Shown here: one piece after another, positions 9,296-19,042 of the stretch
How the letters are laid out: every line of letters begins with the position of its first letter
Numbering within the stretch: the first letter of the stretch is position 1
DNA from: a virus
Taxonomy: Duplodnaviria > Caudoviricetes
Reading direction: 5' to 3' (one strand)
IMG/VR virus record: IMGVR_UViG_3300005825_000268
Span: 1 to 45,446 of that record
Length of the DNA stretch: 45,446 nt
Notes under the pieces: model-generated
Databases searched by the model: none
What the model saw: the letters and a program-made list of their open reading frames with translations, nothing else
What the model was told of the DNA's origin: nothing
Position numbers and translations under genes: made by a program

Positions 9296-12200
9296 ATTTC
9301 TCCTTGTTCGGTGGAGCCGTTTAAGTATTCAATATTAAAGGAAACACCTTCATTTTGTTGAACATAGTTCACCATATTATCATCTTCACCGGCTGAAAGT
9401 GCCATAAATGGAGCGGCAGGCGGTGCATCTGTTACATTGGTAATGATTTCGCTGCCTCTACGATCAATTATTTTAAATGTATGTTCAGGCAAATCAAACT
9501 GTTGACCCGGAATTGTTACATCTTCAGTTTTTTCGTATTGGTAAATTTTATAACTCAATGAAGTTCCGCCACCTTGATACGTTTTCCAATAATGATCTGG
9601 TCCTTCTAAAGTTATAATAGTGCCATCTATTTCAGCAATGTAATAAACTTCACCATTTATTTCAACTAAATAGTTTTCTTTAAAAGTGTTGTCTTCTAAA
9701 GGAGTGGCAACTATAGAATTTCCACCGTTAGAAACAGGTAATCCCGTTTCGTGATTGGTTGGAGAAGTGTCCAATTTAAGCCCATTATGGCTCAAATAGC
9801 CCACTTGATTCTCTGTAATTCTTTGATAAAGCGTTAATGTGATGGGTCCAATGTCGCCCCCTGCATATCCGCTAATGTAAAATTCATCATCTGTATCAGG
9901 AACTAGCCCAATTACTTTATATTGAGTGCCACTTATTACCTGATAATATTCAATTTCCTGCAAATTAAAAGCATCTTGTATTGAAGATGCTGTTGCAACA
10001 GTTCTTGCTCTGGCTGTTACTTTCAAAAACCCAACATTGCTAGTTCCTTTAATAACATCAAGTTCATCTAATAATGTATAGGTCATTCCTGTAACATTGG
10101 ATGTTGGCAATGTATGGGAAGGATCATCTAAGATTATTATTCCATTTGGCAAAATATCTTTTATTTCATAAGGAGTAACAGAATATGCAAGAATTTCAAC
10201 TTTCCAAGGAGCAGATGCGGTTCCTTGTGCAACATCCCATTGGGTTTTTATGCTTAATAACTGGTAGTCTAATTCCGCATCGGTTAATTCCAACAGGTTA
10301 TCTTGATACACATATACATTAGGAAATGGTGTATCAAGTTCTACGGGATTTGAAATCCTAAAATTAAAGGCTCTATCGCTTAGTACCTGACCATCGAAAG
10401 ATGAATTTGTTTCTGTTATTGGTTCAGCAACATTATCATCATTTACGCCCACAATGCTTCCTTGCGATACTTGTGCAGTATTTTTATTGGCATTGTCAAT
10501 TCTATAATTTCCAATAAGTGAAGATGATAGAATTTCTAGTATAGCACTACCATCTGTTGCCATTCCCAATTTTTCAAAATCTATATCACCACAGAAAATA
10601 ACTATTTTGTCGTTATAAGCCAAGCCTGTACTCGAAACAACAAGATTACTGGTTGCAAGTTGATTTCTTAACACAGCATTGGTTGTATAACCTTTTTTCA
10701 TTGCTCTATTGAACCACATCTGGCCAGACCCGGCTATTACATCTTCTACTACAGAGTATCTAATAAAACCTTCAATTACTTCTTCGGGTTGTTCCATGAA
10801 TTCGTGAAAGCCACCATAAATGTTAAGGTTTTGCAAAACCGCATGGAATGGCATAGATTCTTTTAATATCTGAAGTGTTTCAAATATTCTATCATTGGTT
10901 AATTCTTCGATTTCTACATCTAGGTTATATTTGCTGCTAATACAAGCAAAACATGGGTCAATAAAGTTTTTGTCAATATCACATGGGTCTTTAGAATTTC
11001 TAATGCTACCATTATATTCATCCATGTTGTAAATGTTTTCAGAATAAGGAAATTCTGTTCTTACTTTTCCAAAGATAATATCATCGTGATAAGGATGTTT
11101 GTTTGGAATGATTATATCAAACAATGGATCATCTTCGGCTATTAACCTTACATTCATGTTCTTTAAAGGATAATCTTGATCTCTTTCGTCTCTTTGGTCG
11201 GCAAGGGGCAAAGAACGAACATAATTTTCTATTGTTTGAGTTGATGGATTTGGAATTTCACTATACTTATACAGAACTTTGATTATATCGCCTTCAACTA
11301 AATCAATTTGATTGCTAGAAAGACTACTGCCCTCCCAAGTCATAGTTGTAACACCATCCAAATCAACGAATGATACATAATCAGGCGATAATTCTACATA
11401 AACATCTTCATCCACTGCCCTTATCCACAATTCAAAATTATCTAAATCAAGGTCTAAAGCCAACTTTTGTAAATCCCAACTTTCACTTGTTCCGTCGAAA
11501 GTGAATATTTCTTGCCATGTATATCCAGAAGTTACTTGCCATAAACTGGTGTATTTTATCAGCTTTATTCCACCTTGATCTAAGGCTTCTGAAACGCCAC
11601 CCTTTGTGCCTTTTCTTTTGAAAAGAGGCACAGCCCTTTTAATTTGTTTTCGCCATCTTGTTGGATCGTATGATTTTAATTTTAAATCAAATGTATTTGA
11701 AAGATAAGGCAGAAGAGATTCGTCTAATACATTTGCGTCATATAAATCAATAATTTGATTTGCCAAATCTTCCAAAACTAAAAATCCATCACTTATTGAT
11801 TTATTTAATTTATCAATAACATCGGGGGTTCTGTCTCCATCACACAATCTCATCTTGAAAACTTCAGGAGTATATCTTTCCAATAAGGTTTGATATTTTT
11901 CTGGTGGTGTTCTATGAGTCGGAATGGTTGTTGTTAATTTTGTTGACCCTCTAAGATAAAATTTAAAGTGTTGAGAATATGATTCGCCCGCAGGTAGTGG
12001 TGTCCAAGTCCAACAAATGAAATAATCACCCTCCCGCATTCCTACAGGTTGCCAAGTGTATTTGAAATTACCAATTAAAGTATTTCCATCATCATCTTCA
12101 GTTACATGCTCTAAAAATGAATTATCAACATCTGATGAAAGCCATGCGGGATATTCTTTATTTCCAACAACATGAACTGGTTTTGATTCATTGAAATAAA

Positions 12201-12507
12201 ATGGAGTAGTTGTTTTAGATGCTTCGACATCTAGTTTTGCTCTTTGAGCAGCAAGAATATTTTCTTCAGTTGGACTAGCACACGCTAAAGCCTCTGCTTC
12301 CATTGCTGCTTTAACTTTTTCATCAACAAAAAATTCATTTTGATATTGTTGAAGATTGTTGCTAGAGAAGTCTCTTTCGACGTAATAGATCACCAGACGA
12401 TCTATTTTATAAGGATCGCTTAAACACCCATTTGCATCTAGGGTCGTTAATTCAAAAATTATATCATCTATTGTAGATGGGCTTTCTGTTACTTTTAGTA
12501 CAGCCAT
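9292..12507 (-). CDS. Large baseplate wedge protein (P2 gpI / T4 gp7-like domain)
   Basis: LLPYLSNTFDLKL..WRKQIKRAVPLFKRKGTKGG is the Tail_P2_I-type motif. Directly follows the gp6/J-like gene. Start placed at MAVLKV (12507), after the upstream stop. Confidence 0.8.
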   Translation of the reverse strand: MAVLKVTESPSTIDDIIFELTTLDANGCLSDPYKIDRLVIYYVERDFSSNNLQQYQNEFFVDEKVKAAMEAEALACASPTEENILAAQRAKLDVEASKTTTPFYFNESKPVHVVGNKEYPAWLSSDVDNSFLEHVTEDDDGNTLIGNFKYTWQPVGMREGDYFICWTWTPLPAGESYSQHFKFYLRGSTKLTTTIPTHRTPPEKYQTLLERYTPEVFKMRLCDGDRTPDVIDKLNKSISDGFLVLEDLANQIIDLYDANVLDESLLPYLSNTFDLKLKSYDPTRWRKQIKRAVPLFKRKGTKGGVSEALDQGGIKLIKYTSLWQVTSGYTWQEIFTFDGTSESWDLQKLALDLDLDNFELWIRAVDEDVYVELSPDYVSFVDLDGVTTMTWEGSSLSSNQIDLVEGDIIKVLYKYSEIPNPSTQTIENYVRSLPLADQRDERDQDYPLKNMNVRLIAEDDPLFDIIIPNKHPYHDDIIFGKVRTEFPYSENIYNMDEYNGSIRNSKDPCDIDKNFIDPCFACISSKYNLDVEIEELTNDRIFETLQILKESMPFHAVLQNLNIYGGFHEFMEQPEEVIEGFIRYSVVEDVIAGSGQMWFNRAMKKGYTTNAVLRNQLATSNLVVSSTGLAYNDKIVIFCGDIDFEKLGMATDGSAILEILSSSLIGNYRIDNANKNTAQVSQGSIVGVNDDNVAEPITETNSSFDGQVLSDRAFNFRISNPVELDTPFPNVYVYQDNLLELTDAELDYQLLSIKTQWDVAQGTASAPWKVEILAYSVTPYEIKDILPNGIIILDDPSHTLPTSNVTGMTYTLLDELDVIKGTSNVGFLKVTARARTVATASSIQDAFNLQEIEYYQVISGTQYKVIGLVPDTDDEFYISGYAGGDIGPITLTLYQRITENQVGYLSHNGLKLDTSPTNHETGLPVSNGGNSIVATPLEDNTFKENYLVEINGEVYYIAEIDGTIITLEGPDHYWKTYQGGGTSLSYKIYQYEKTEDVTIPGQQFDLPEHTFKIIDRRGSEIITNVTDAPPAAPFMALSAGEDDNMVNYVQQNEGVSFNIEYLNGSTEQGEI

Positions 12508-12514
12508 TTTTCCC

Positions 12515-14071
12515 TTATTCGTAAACAAAGTTTATTTCTGTAACATCTGGTCTAATTATTTCATAATATTTAACTGTTACAGCACTTCCGCCATTATTGT
12601 CATCATCAGTCACAAAATTGATATTGAACTCTTTAATTTCTTTTAAATCAGAGAGAGTCTTTACTATTTCGCTATCTTTAAGTGTTTGTCCATATTCCCA
12701 ATTAGGCAAAGCAAAAAAATCTGTTAACCTTCTTTCTATTTTTATTCTTAATTCTTCTTCAAATTTTCTATAAAATCGGTCGATGATAACATCAATTTGT
12801 GTATCTACGAGAATAATCACCCCATTTCTAATACACACATGATCTGTTATCATTTTTCTTTCATCAATATATTCTTCAAGTTGTACTTTTAGTTGATCTC
12901 CTGCTTCTTCTAATCCATCTTGATCTTTTCTTGCAAGAACATAAAGATCAACAATATTTGCAGCACAACCATAGTTTCTTAAAACTGCAAGAGATTTGCC
13001 AATTTGTCCCTGATAAGGAGTCGAAAATTGATCTGTTAAAGTTTTATAATCTAATCCTGTTACGGCTCTATTTTGAGAACGAATCCACGAGGGCAATTTT
13101 CTTCGTATATCTTCAATTGTGTCTCCATCATATCCAAATTGTGCTTTAGTATAATTACTAAAGAAAACAGGCACTGAATAATCTAATCCGGGGACTGTTA
13201 CAATTGTTTCTGTTTGGACTGAATTGCTGACTAAATTACCTTTGCTTCCGCCGCCTGTTCTATATTTAATTCTAATTTTTGATCCCAAAGATGGTATCAA
13301 TCCTGCTCTATTGTTTCCAAACACCAAAAAAGCAGTGTAATCGGAATCATATTCTACTCTGTATTCTCTTCTTGGTTGTGAGTCTGTGAAATATTCAACT
13401 TGCTCCCAACGAACACCGTCTACATCTACTCTAACAGAATCATAAACTACTGGAAAATATTTTAAAGAAACGGCTAGTCCTACTTCTCCTGTTCCATCGG
13501 CCTCTTGTATTCTTGATCTTCCTTCTAAACCAATAACACTAGCATTTACCACAGAATTGGCCGGGATAATGATGTTATCATCAAGAAGGGGATTATTATT
13601 CGCATCAGCGGCAAATAATTCCATATCAATTCTTTCGCCTCCACCATTTGCCTCAATAATAAATGGAGTTGTAACTACAACATCAGTTAATATTGGGTTG
13701 TTAAGCGATGCGGTCCACATAGATTTTGCTGCTATGGGAGGTTGAGGGTTGAAACTTACCAATTTTGCCAAACGAAACGCATTGTCTATTTCGGTAACTG
13801 TATCTATGAATATTTCATTTGCGATCTGATCCATTTTAAAAGACAGAGTATCTGCAATAAACGCCCAATTTTCAATGAGCATCATTGCTAAAGACGATTC
13901 CACAAAATCGCCAAATTCTTTTTCATATCTTTGTCTTGTAAACTCAATCAATCTGGCTTTCATAGACCAGAAATCTTGGTTTGTATAGTTCAAATTGAAA
14001 ATATTTGGTTTTTTTATGATTTCGGATTTAGCATAAGGTTGAATATCAAATGGGCATCCACTACTAGCCAT
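12515..14071 (-). CDS. Baseplate wedge subunit (T4 gp6 / baseplate J-like)
   Basis: YTNQDFWSMK, DFVESS, FGNNRAGLIP, YRTGGGSKGN and QNRAVTGLDY motifs. Confidence 0.92.
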   Translation of the reverse strand: MASSGCPFDIQPYAKSEIIKKPNIFNLNYTNQDFWSMKARLIEFTRQRYEKEFGDFVESSLAMMLIENWAFIADTLSFKMDQIANEIFIDTVTEIDNAFRLAKLVSFNPQPPIAAKSMWTASLNNPILTDVVVTTPFIIEANGGGERIDMELFAADANNNPLLDDNIIIPANSVVNASVIGLEGRSRIQEADGTGEVGLAVSLKYFPVVYDSVRVDVDGVRWEQVEYFTDSQPRREYRVEYDSDYTAFLVFGNNRAGLIPSLGSKIRIKYRTGGGSKGNLVSNSVQTETIVTVPGLDYSVPVFFSNYTKAQFGYDGDTIEDIRRKLPSWIRSQNRAVTGLDYKTLTDQFSTPYQGQIGKSLAVLRNYGCAANIVDLYVLARKDQDGLEEAGDQLKVQLEEYIDERKMITDHVCIRNGVIILVDTQIDVIIDRFYRKFEEELRIKIERRLTDFFALPNWEYGQTLKDSEIVKTLSDLKEIKEFNINFVTDDDNNGGSAVTVKYYEIIRPDVTEINFVYE

Positions 14072-14081
14072 ATTTCCTCCA

Positions 14082-14501
14082 TTAAGATACTGGTACTTCT
14101 AATTTTAGTTCAAACACTTCGTCTATTTTTGCTCTATCAATAAATAAAACTCGAATCAAAAGTACGGCATCTGACTCCGTGCCATCGTCATCTATGTTTC
14201 TACTATTCTTATCTAGTCCATTATTTACTTGTATTTGAGTAATTGCCACTCTAGGCTCCCAAAGTTTAAGTGAGCGAGCAATCATGTTTTTTGTTTGTAA
14301 AATCAATTTTGGATCATTTGGATCAAACATCAATTTTCTCAGGGGCGTACCATATGTCGGTAACATTACCCTTTCGCCCGGATTTGTTAAAAGCAACACC
14401 AACATATCTGCTTTTACTTGGTTAATTCCGTCTTGGATATAGAAAAATCCTTTTGGATTTTTTGTTATTGGATAGGGTATACCCGGATATTTAATTGCCA
14501 T
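14082..14501 (-). CDS. Baseplate wedge / sheath initiator (GPW/gp25 family)
   Basis: LLLTNPGERVMLPTYGTPL..LFD..WEPRV family signature. Confidence 0.95.
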   Translation of the reverse strand: MAIKYPGIPYPITKNPKGFFYIQDGINQVKADMLVLLLTNPGERVMLPTYGTPLRKLMFDPNDPKLILQTKNMIARSLKLWEPRVAITQIQVNNGLDKNSRNIDDDGTESDAVLLIRVLFIDRAKIDEVFELKLEVPVS

Positions 14502-14509
14502 AATTTTCC

Positions 14510-16711
14510 TTAACAGCTAGGACACTTCTTGCCAGCAATTACAATAGGCAAGTTCAAACATGGATCATTTTGTGAATAACTTCCAATAACCTTGCTGCTT
14601 AGTCTTACCACACCGTTACATGGATCATATACACAAACTGGTCCCACGCAAGGATATGGTCCACCACATTCACACCCATCAGGTGGCGGCGAACATTCTT
14701 TACCGGCTAATAACAAGATTACATTGGGGTTATAGAACAAATGTAATTGATCGCTTACATTTATGTAAACATCTTTTGTATAAACAAAATTAACCTTACT
14801 AACCAATTCTATTAGATTTGAAGGATTCTTTTCAAAATCCCCAACTACCGTTAAGTGATTGTCATAAGTTGTAACCACATAATTGCCACCAACTCTAAGA
14901 AATACCAAACCGGGACCACTTGGAGCCTCTTGATACCTGTGAATGTGTGGTCCTCGTTCTTTATTGTCATATTGAGGACAGAAAATTTGTATGTGCTGTG
15001 TTTGAGTTTCTTCTTGAGAAGCCTCATCTTTCATCAATATTTCTAATCCATAACCAGTTCTAATTTTAACAAATGCCTTTTTAGCCTTTGGAGTTGGTGC
15101 GCCACCTTCAGTACGACAAGGAGAACATTGTTCATTTGTCCAATCAATCATTTCAAAAGAGTGATTGCTAGTGGATCGCATTGTAAATCCACGTTTCTTG
15201 CCAGCAATATTTGGTGGACAACCCGGACATTCTTTTTCGGGTTCAGTATGGTCATTCATTTCAAAGAAATTACCAGTCGCCGTTTTCAAACGAATGTAAT
15301 TTTCTTCGCCTCTTAATTGAACGCCCGATTCTCCGGGCGGACTTTCAACATCGCTGATTTCGATATAATGACCAGTTGCTGATTTCCAATACGTTCTTCC
15401 GACATAATGATTGTTACAACCAAAGTCAAAAGAAGTCATGCTTCTTTCCCATTCTGGATTGCCATTTGGTTCTTCTACAGAATCGTCCATTACAAACGTG
15501 TGGCCAGAAATAGACATGAATTGAATGCCGGTTTGCGGCAAATCGCAAGTATTATTTTGTGGTGTGCCCGGCCCTTTATATGGCCTACATTCATTTTTGT
15601 GTTTAAAATAAGGGTTAGCACCTTTTTGTTCTTTGTAATATTTTGTATTTGGATGACCAGTTGCTGGATGCCCACCAATGATTTTGCTGTTGCTCTTCTT
15701 ACCTTCGCATTCTGTGTCTTCTTTCTTTTTTCCTTCTTTTGGACTAATATCTGTTGTTTCGGATTCTTCTTGCAATAAAGCCAAAACTGCTTCATCAATT
15801 TGTTCTTGAGATTGTGAATCCGCACCAACTTGCAACCTATTTAATCCCCCTTTTGCTCGATCTGGTTCGGGGGCTTCATCTACACCTTCAACACAACTTA
15901 CATCATCATCAGGAACACCACACTCTGGATGTGACCATTGGCCCGCATAGTGCAAATGGTCATCTTTCATCATTATCCAGTTGCCACAACCAGACATGAT
16001 TTCAAATCTTTTCCAACGCCTATTACATTTTGGATCGCCATCCACCATCTTAATCATGTGTTTTTCTGGCGTTTTAAATCCATAAATGTTTGGATATGTA
16101 ATTATTTTTTGAACTTCTGGTTTGTCGGCAAAATCAAGAATAGATGTTAAATCAAATCCATTATAACTTTCTGTGTTCCAAGGCGGAAAGACTTGAGATT
16201 CATCATTAGGTCCAACCATGTAACCTTTTCTATGACCTTCAGAAACTCGATAATATTCAGGAATGTTAATTCCAAAATTATGTTGTCCTGCTGGCCCTCT
16301 ATCTCTATTCCATGTGGTGCCCATATAAAAAGCGTTTTGTCTGTTACCTGTTTCAAACACTAAACACACAGTAGAACCTGCTGGTGGCACCCAATTTAAT
16401 CCACAATCATCAAATCCACCCATAGCAGAAATAGCTCCCGCCCAAGGAAGTTTTTTAATTGGTGTTTTAGGATTGTGAAAGTGTGGAGAAAAATATCTTA
16501 TTTTGTTTTGTTTCCAAATATCAATTGTTTCAACACACAACGCTGTATACATGCCATATTGCATTTCTGATTGTTGAACAAGAGTGGAATTAGCTTGTAA
16601 TTCAGCACGCATTACTCCACGAACATCATAGGTGATATTGCCCATTTTGTTCTTGATTGATTCTAATTCTAATTTAAGCAACTTTATTTGCTCTTGAAGT
16701 TCACTTATCAT
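14510..16711 (-). CDS. Baseplate central spike (gp5/VgrG/gpV-like OB-fold protein), Cys-rich
   Basis: LPWA..WVPPAGSTVCLVFETGNRQNAFYMG OB-fold motif and repeated SGH/TGH-x-x-E-M-x-D beta-helix strands. Lies between hub and gp25. Confidence 0.85.
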   Translation of the reverse strand: MISELQEQIKLLKLELESIKNKMGNITYDVRGVMRAELQANSTLVQQSEMQYGMYTALCVETIDIWKQNKIRYFSPHFHNPKTPIKKLPWAGAISAMGGFDDCGLNWVPPAGSTVCLVFETGNRQNAFYMGTTWNRDRGPAGQHNFGINIPEYYRVSEGHRKGYMVGPNDESQVFPPWNTESYNGFDLTSILDFADKPEVQKIITYPNIYGFKTPEKHMIKMVDGDPKCNRRWKRFEIMSGCGNWIMMKDDHLHYAGQWSHPECGVPDDDVSCVEGVDEAPEPDRAKGGLNRLQVGADSQSQEQIDEAVLALLQEESETTDISPKEGKKKEDTECEGKKSNSKIIGGHPATGHPNTKYYKEQKGANPYFKHKNECRPYKGPGTPQNNTCDLPQTGIQFMSISGHTFVMDDSVEEPNGNPEWERSMTSFDFGCNNHYVGRTYWKSATGHYIEISDVESPPGESGVQLRGEENYIRLKTATGNFFEMNDHTEPEKECPGCPPNIAGKKRGFTMRSTSNHSFEMIDWTNEQCSPCRTEGGAPTPKAKKAFVKIRTGYGLEILMKDEASQEETQTQHIQIFCPQYDNKERGPHIHRYQEAPSGPGLVFLRVGGNYVVTTYDNHLTVVGDFEKNPSNLIELVSKVNFVYTKDVYINVSDQLHLFYNPNVILLLAGKECSPPPDGCECGGPYPCVGPVCVYDPCNGVVRLSSKVIGSYSQNDPCLNLPIVIAGKKCPSC

Positions 16712-16719
16712 TTCTTACC

Positions 16720-18162
16720 TTAAATATATCTTTCAAAATTACCAGAGTCATTATCGAATGTTTCGGTTCCACAACCAGCACCACCCAAAGGATCGCCTTG
16801 TTGTAGATCACTGTTTGGTACAGCCAATAAAACTTTAAGAGTAGTGGTGTATTTACCTGCTTCTATTTGATGCGATACACCTTTAATGAGCCAATTTTTG
16901 TTGCTTAAAGTTGGATTGCATCTTGGATTGGCAATCCAAGTACATTCTTGCAAATACATTGGATTCAACATCACTATTGAAACAGTAGAACCAACATATT
17001 CTAATGGATTAACATAGTTTGGATCGCCCATTATGGTAAGTTCTGCTTCTATAGCACCTTTAATTACATAAGGTTTATTTGATTCTTCTTCAGCAGCGGC
17101 AGAAGATTCTGCTAATCTTGTTGCATTTCTTCCTGTTGTGAAATCTCTAAAATTGTTGGGAACTGTTCCCATTGTGGCTGGACCACCATCTTCTTTTTCT
17201 GGGCAATTTGGATTTGCTTTTTCATCACTGGCCGCAGTGTTATCGCCACCTGTTGTTCCACCAGAACTATGTTGAATTAAAGTCCAATCGACCGTGGGAG
17301 AAAACCCAAGTACATCTGAACAATTGCCTCCATTTACAACATATGTTCCAACGCTTCTTTGACAACAATCTGGATTTTCATCACAAGTTGCATTTTTCCC
17401 TTCTGATATGACAAGATTAGTTGCAATAGGATCATAAAGCATTAAAAGACCCTTTTTGTTATTTGTCTTTTGTGTAGCAAGCCATTTTCTGGATGCCGCC
17501 AATGCATTTTGTTGATCTGTTGGCCATTTAGCTTTCGGTCCCTCTGTTCCACCTATTTCAAATTCCCATTCACTTCCTAATCCATCCCAATTAACAGTAA
17601 TTGTGGGACTATTGCGCTCAAATATAAGGTCTATTGCTTCTTTTAATGGAATTTTATTGTCATCAGAACCCGGATTTCCTTCTACTCTTCCTTCTTGTGT
17701 TCTAGCCATTAAGTCAATACATTGTAATTTGACCTTTACTGTTCCGTTGTCATAACTTGTTTGCATAGTTTTAGGAAGAAGATGAATTTCATCACTTTCT
17801 TTTTTGTATACAGTTCCATCACATTTTCTGATTATCCAACCAAATTTAAGTTCTGTTTTTTGTACATCTTCTGGCGCTTCACTAAATGTTTTGTTTAATC
17901 CTCTTACAATTCCAACAATTGCTTGTTGCCCTTCAGATACAATTTCAAATTCTGCACCAACCCCACCACCAGCAACACTTAAACCATACTGAAAACTTTT
18001 AATTACAGCTTTATTTGGGTCGCCGGGCATAGAATCATTTGAAACTGTAATTAACTCTCCATTTATTTTCAATTCTACAAATGGGGCAAATACAGCGCCA
18101 TCTAACGGTTCGTCTGGCGGAAAACAAGAATATTGACTTATACATTCATGGGTGCAAGCCAT
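16720..18162 (-). CDS. Baseplate hub (gp27/gpD-like)
   Basis: C-terminal IEAELTIMGDP..LSNKNWLIKGVSHQIEAGKYTTTLKV is typical of hub proteins. Synteny with spike. Confidence 0.8.
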   Translation of the reverse strand: MACTHECISQYSCFPPDEPLDGAVFAPFVELKINGELITVSNDSMPGDPNKAVIKSFQYGLSVAGGGVGAEFEIVSEGQQAIVGIVRGLNKTFSEAPEDVQKTELKFGWIIRKCDGTVYKKESDEIHLLPKTMQTSYDNGTVKVKLQCIDLMARTQEGRVEGNPGSDDNKIPLKEAIDLIFERNSPTITVNWDGLGSEWEFEIGGTEGPKAKWPTDQQNALAASRKWLATQKTNNKKGLLMLYDPIATNLVISEGKNATCDENPDCCQRSVGTYVVNGGNCSDVLGFSPTVDWTLIQHSSGGTTGGDNTAASDEKANPNCPEKEDGGPATMGTVPNNFRDFTTGRNATRLAESSAAAEEESNKPYVIKGAIEAELTIMGDPNYVNPLEYVGSTVSIVMLNPMYLQECTWIANPRCNPTLSNKNWLIKGVSHQIEAGKYTTTLKVLLAVPNSDLQQGDPLGGAGCGTETFDNDSGNFERYI

Positions 18163-18171
18163 TTTTACCTC

Positions 18172-18495
18172 TTAGAAAAATGCTCCGGGTATTCTAATGC
18201 TTAGCCCGGTTCTGTAATCAAATACATCTTTTATGTTGTTTGCCTCCATAAGTTTATACCAAAAATCAGGAGTACCATAGAATTCATATGATGTTAAATC
18301 TGGACGGAATTCATGTCCAGAAGTTATAATTGTAAATTTATCTCTTTTATCTTTGTTTATTGGAGTTTTTCTATACAAAGGATAAGTTAAAAGTTTTTTT
18401 TCTGTGTAATAAAGAACAGGAGAATCGTAATACCTGCTTGATATTGGAACAAATTTTCTTGATTTTATTTTTGATAATTCTATAAAATTAGCCAT
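18172..18495 (-). CDS. Baseplate wedge gp53/LysM-like (tail X) protein
   Basis: RPDLTSYEFYGTPDFWYKLMEANNIKD..G.SIRIP signature. Confidence 0.88.
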   Translation of the reverse strand: MANFIELSKIKSRKFVPISSRYYDSPVLYYTEKKLLTYPLYRKTPINKDKRDKFTIITSGHEFRPDLTSYEFYGTPDFWYKLMEANNIKDVFDYRTGLSIRIPGAFF

Positions 18496-18497
18496 TT

Positions 18498-19028
18498 TTA
18501 GCCTCCTGAAGCCACTATGTCTGCTGCGTAAGGAAGTTCTGCACTGTCATAGACAACTTCAAATGTTAAATCTACATCTAGTTTATAAGGAATATATCCT
18601 ATTTCATCCCAAGCTACATCGGTGGGGAACTTAACTGAGTATGATCTTAATATACAGCATAATTCTTTATCTTTTGCCAATAGATCACCACACTTTAGGT
18701 GACAAATAGGTGGTGGAGCATAAGGAGTTTCATCTTGTGTGGGATATACACATGCTTCTAAATTTCTTAAATCATCCATCATGTCTGCTTGATCGCCTTC
18801 TTTACAAACCATCATGTGTATGGTCCAAGAAATTGATCTATTTTCAGAATAAGAATAATTCTTAATTGGAAATGATCGACCGATAGCTGTTTCGTCGGCA
18901 TAATTTGCAGATTTACTATCAGATATGTCTGGTAAGATTTTCATGTTAATTTGAAAACCTAAATCATAACTTACAATATAACAATCATCTAATTCTTTTA
19001 ATGCTCCACTAGGTAATGTTGCTTTCAT
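18498..19028 (-). CDS. Tail tube initiator / CIS-tube-like protein
   Basis: ISDSKSANY..IGRS.P..YS.S.R and YP..PPPICHL..G motifs. Lies between tape measure and gp53-like genes. Confidence 0.75.
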   Translation of the reverse strand: MKATLPSGALKELDDCYIVSYDLGFQINMKILPDISDSKSANYADETAIGRSFPIKNYSYSENRSISWTIHMMVCKEGDQADMMDDLRNLEACVYPTQDETPYAPPPICHLKCGDLLAKDKELCCILRSYSVKFPTDVAWDEIGYIPYKLDVDLTFEVVYDSAELPYAADIVASGG

Positions 19029-19042
19029 TTTTTTCCTTTAGA

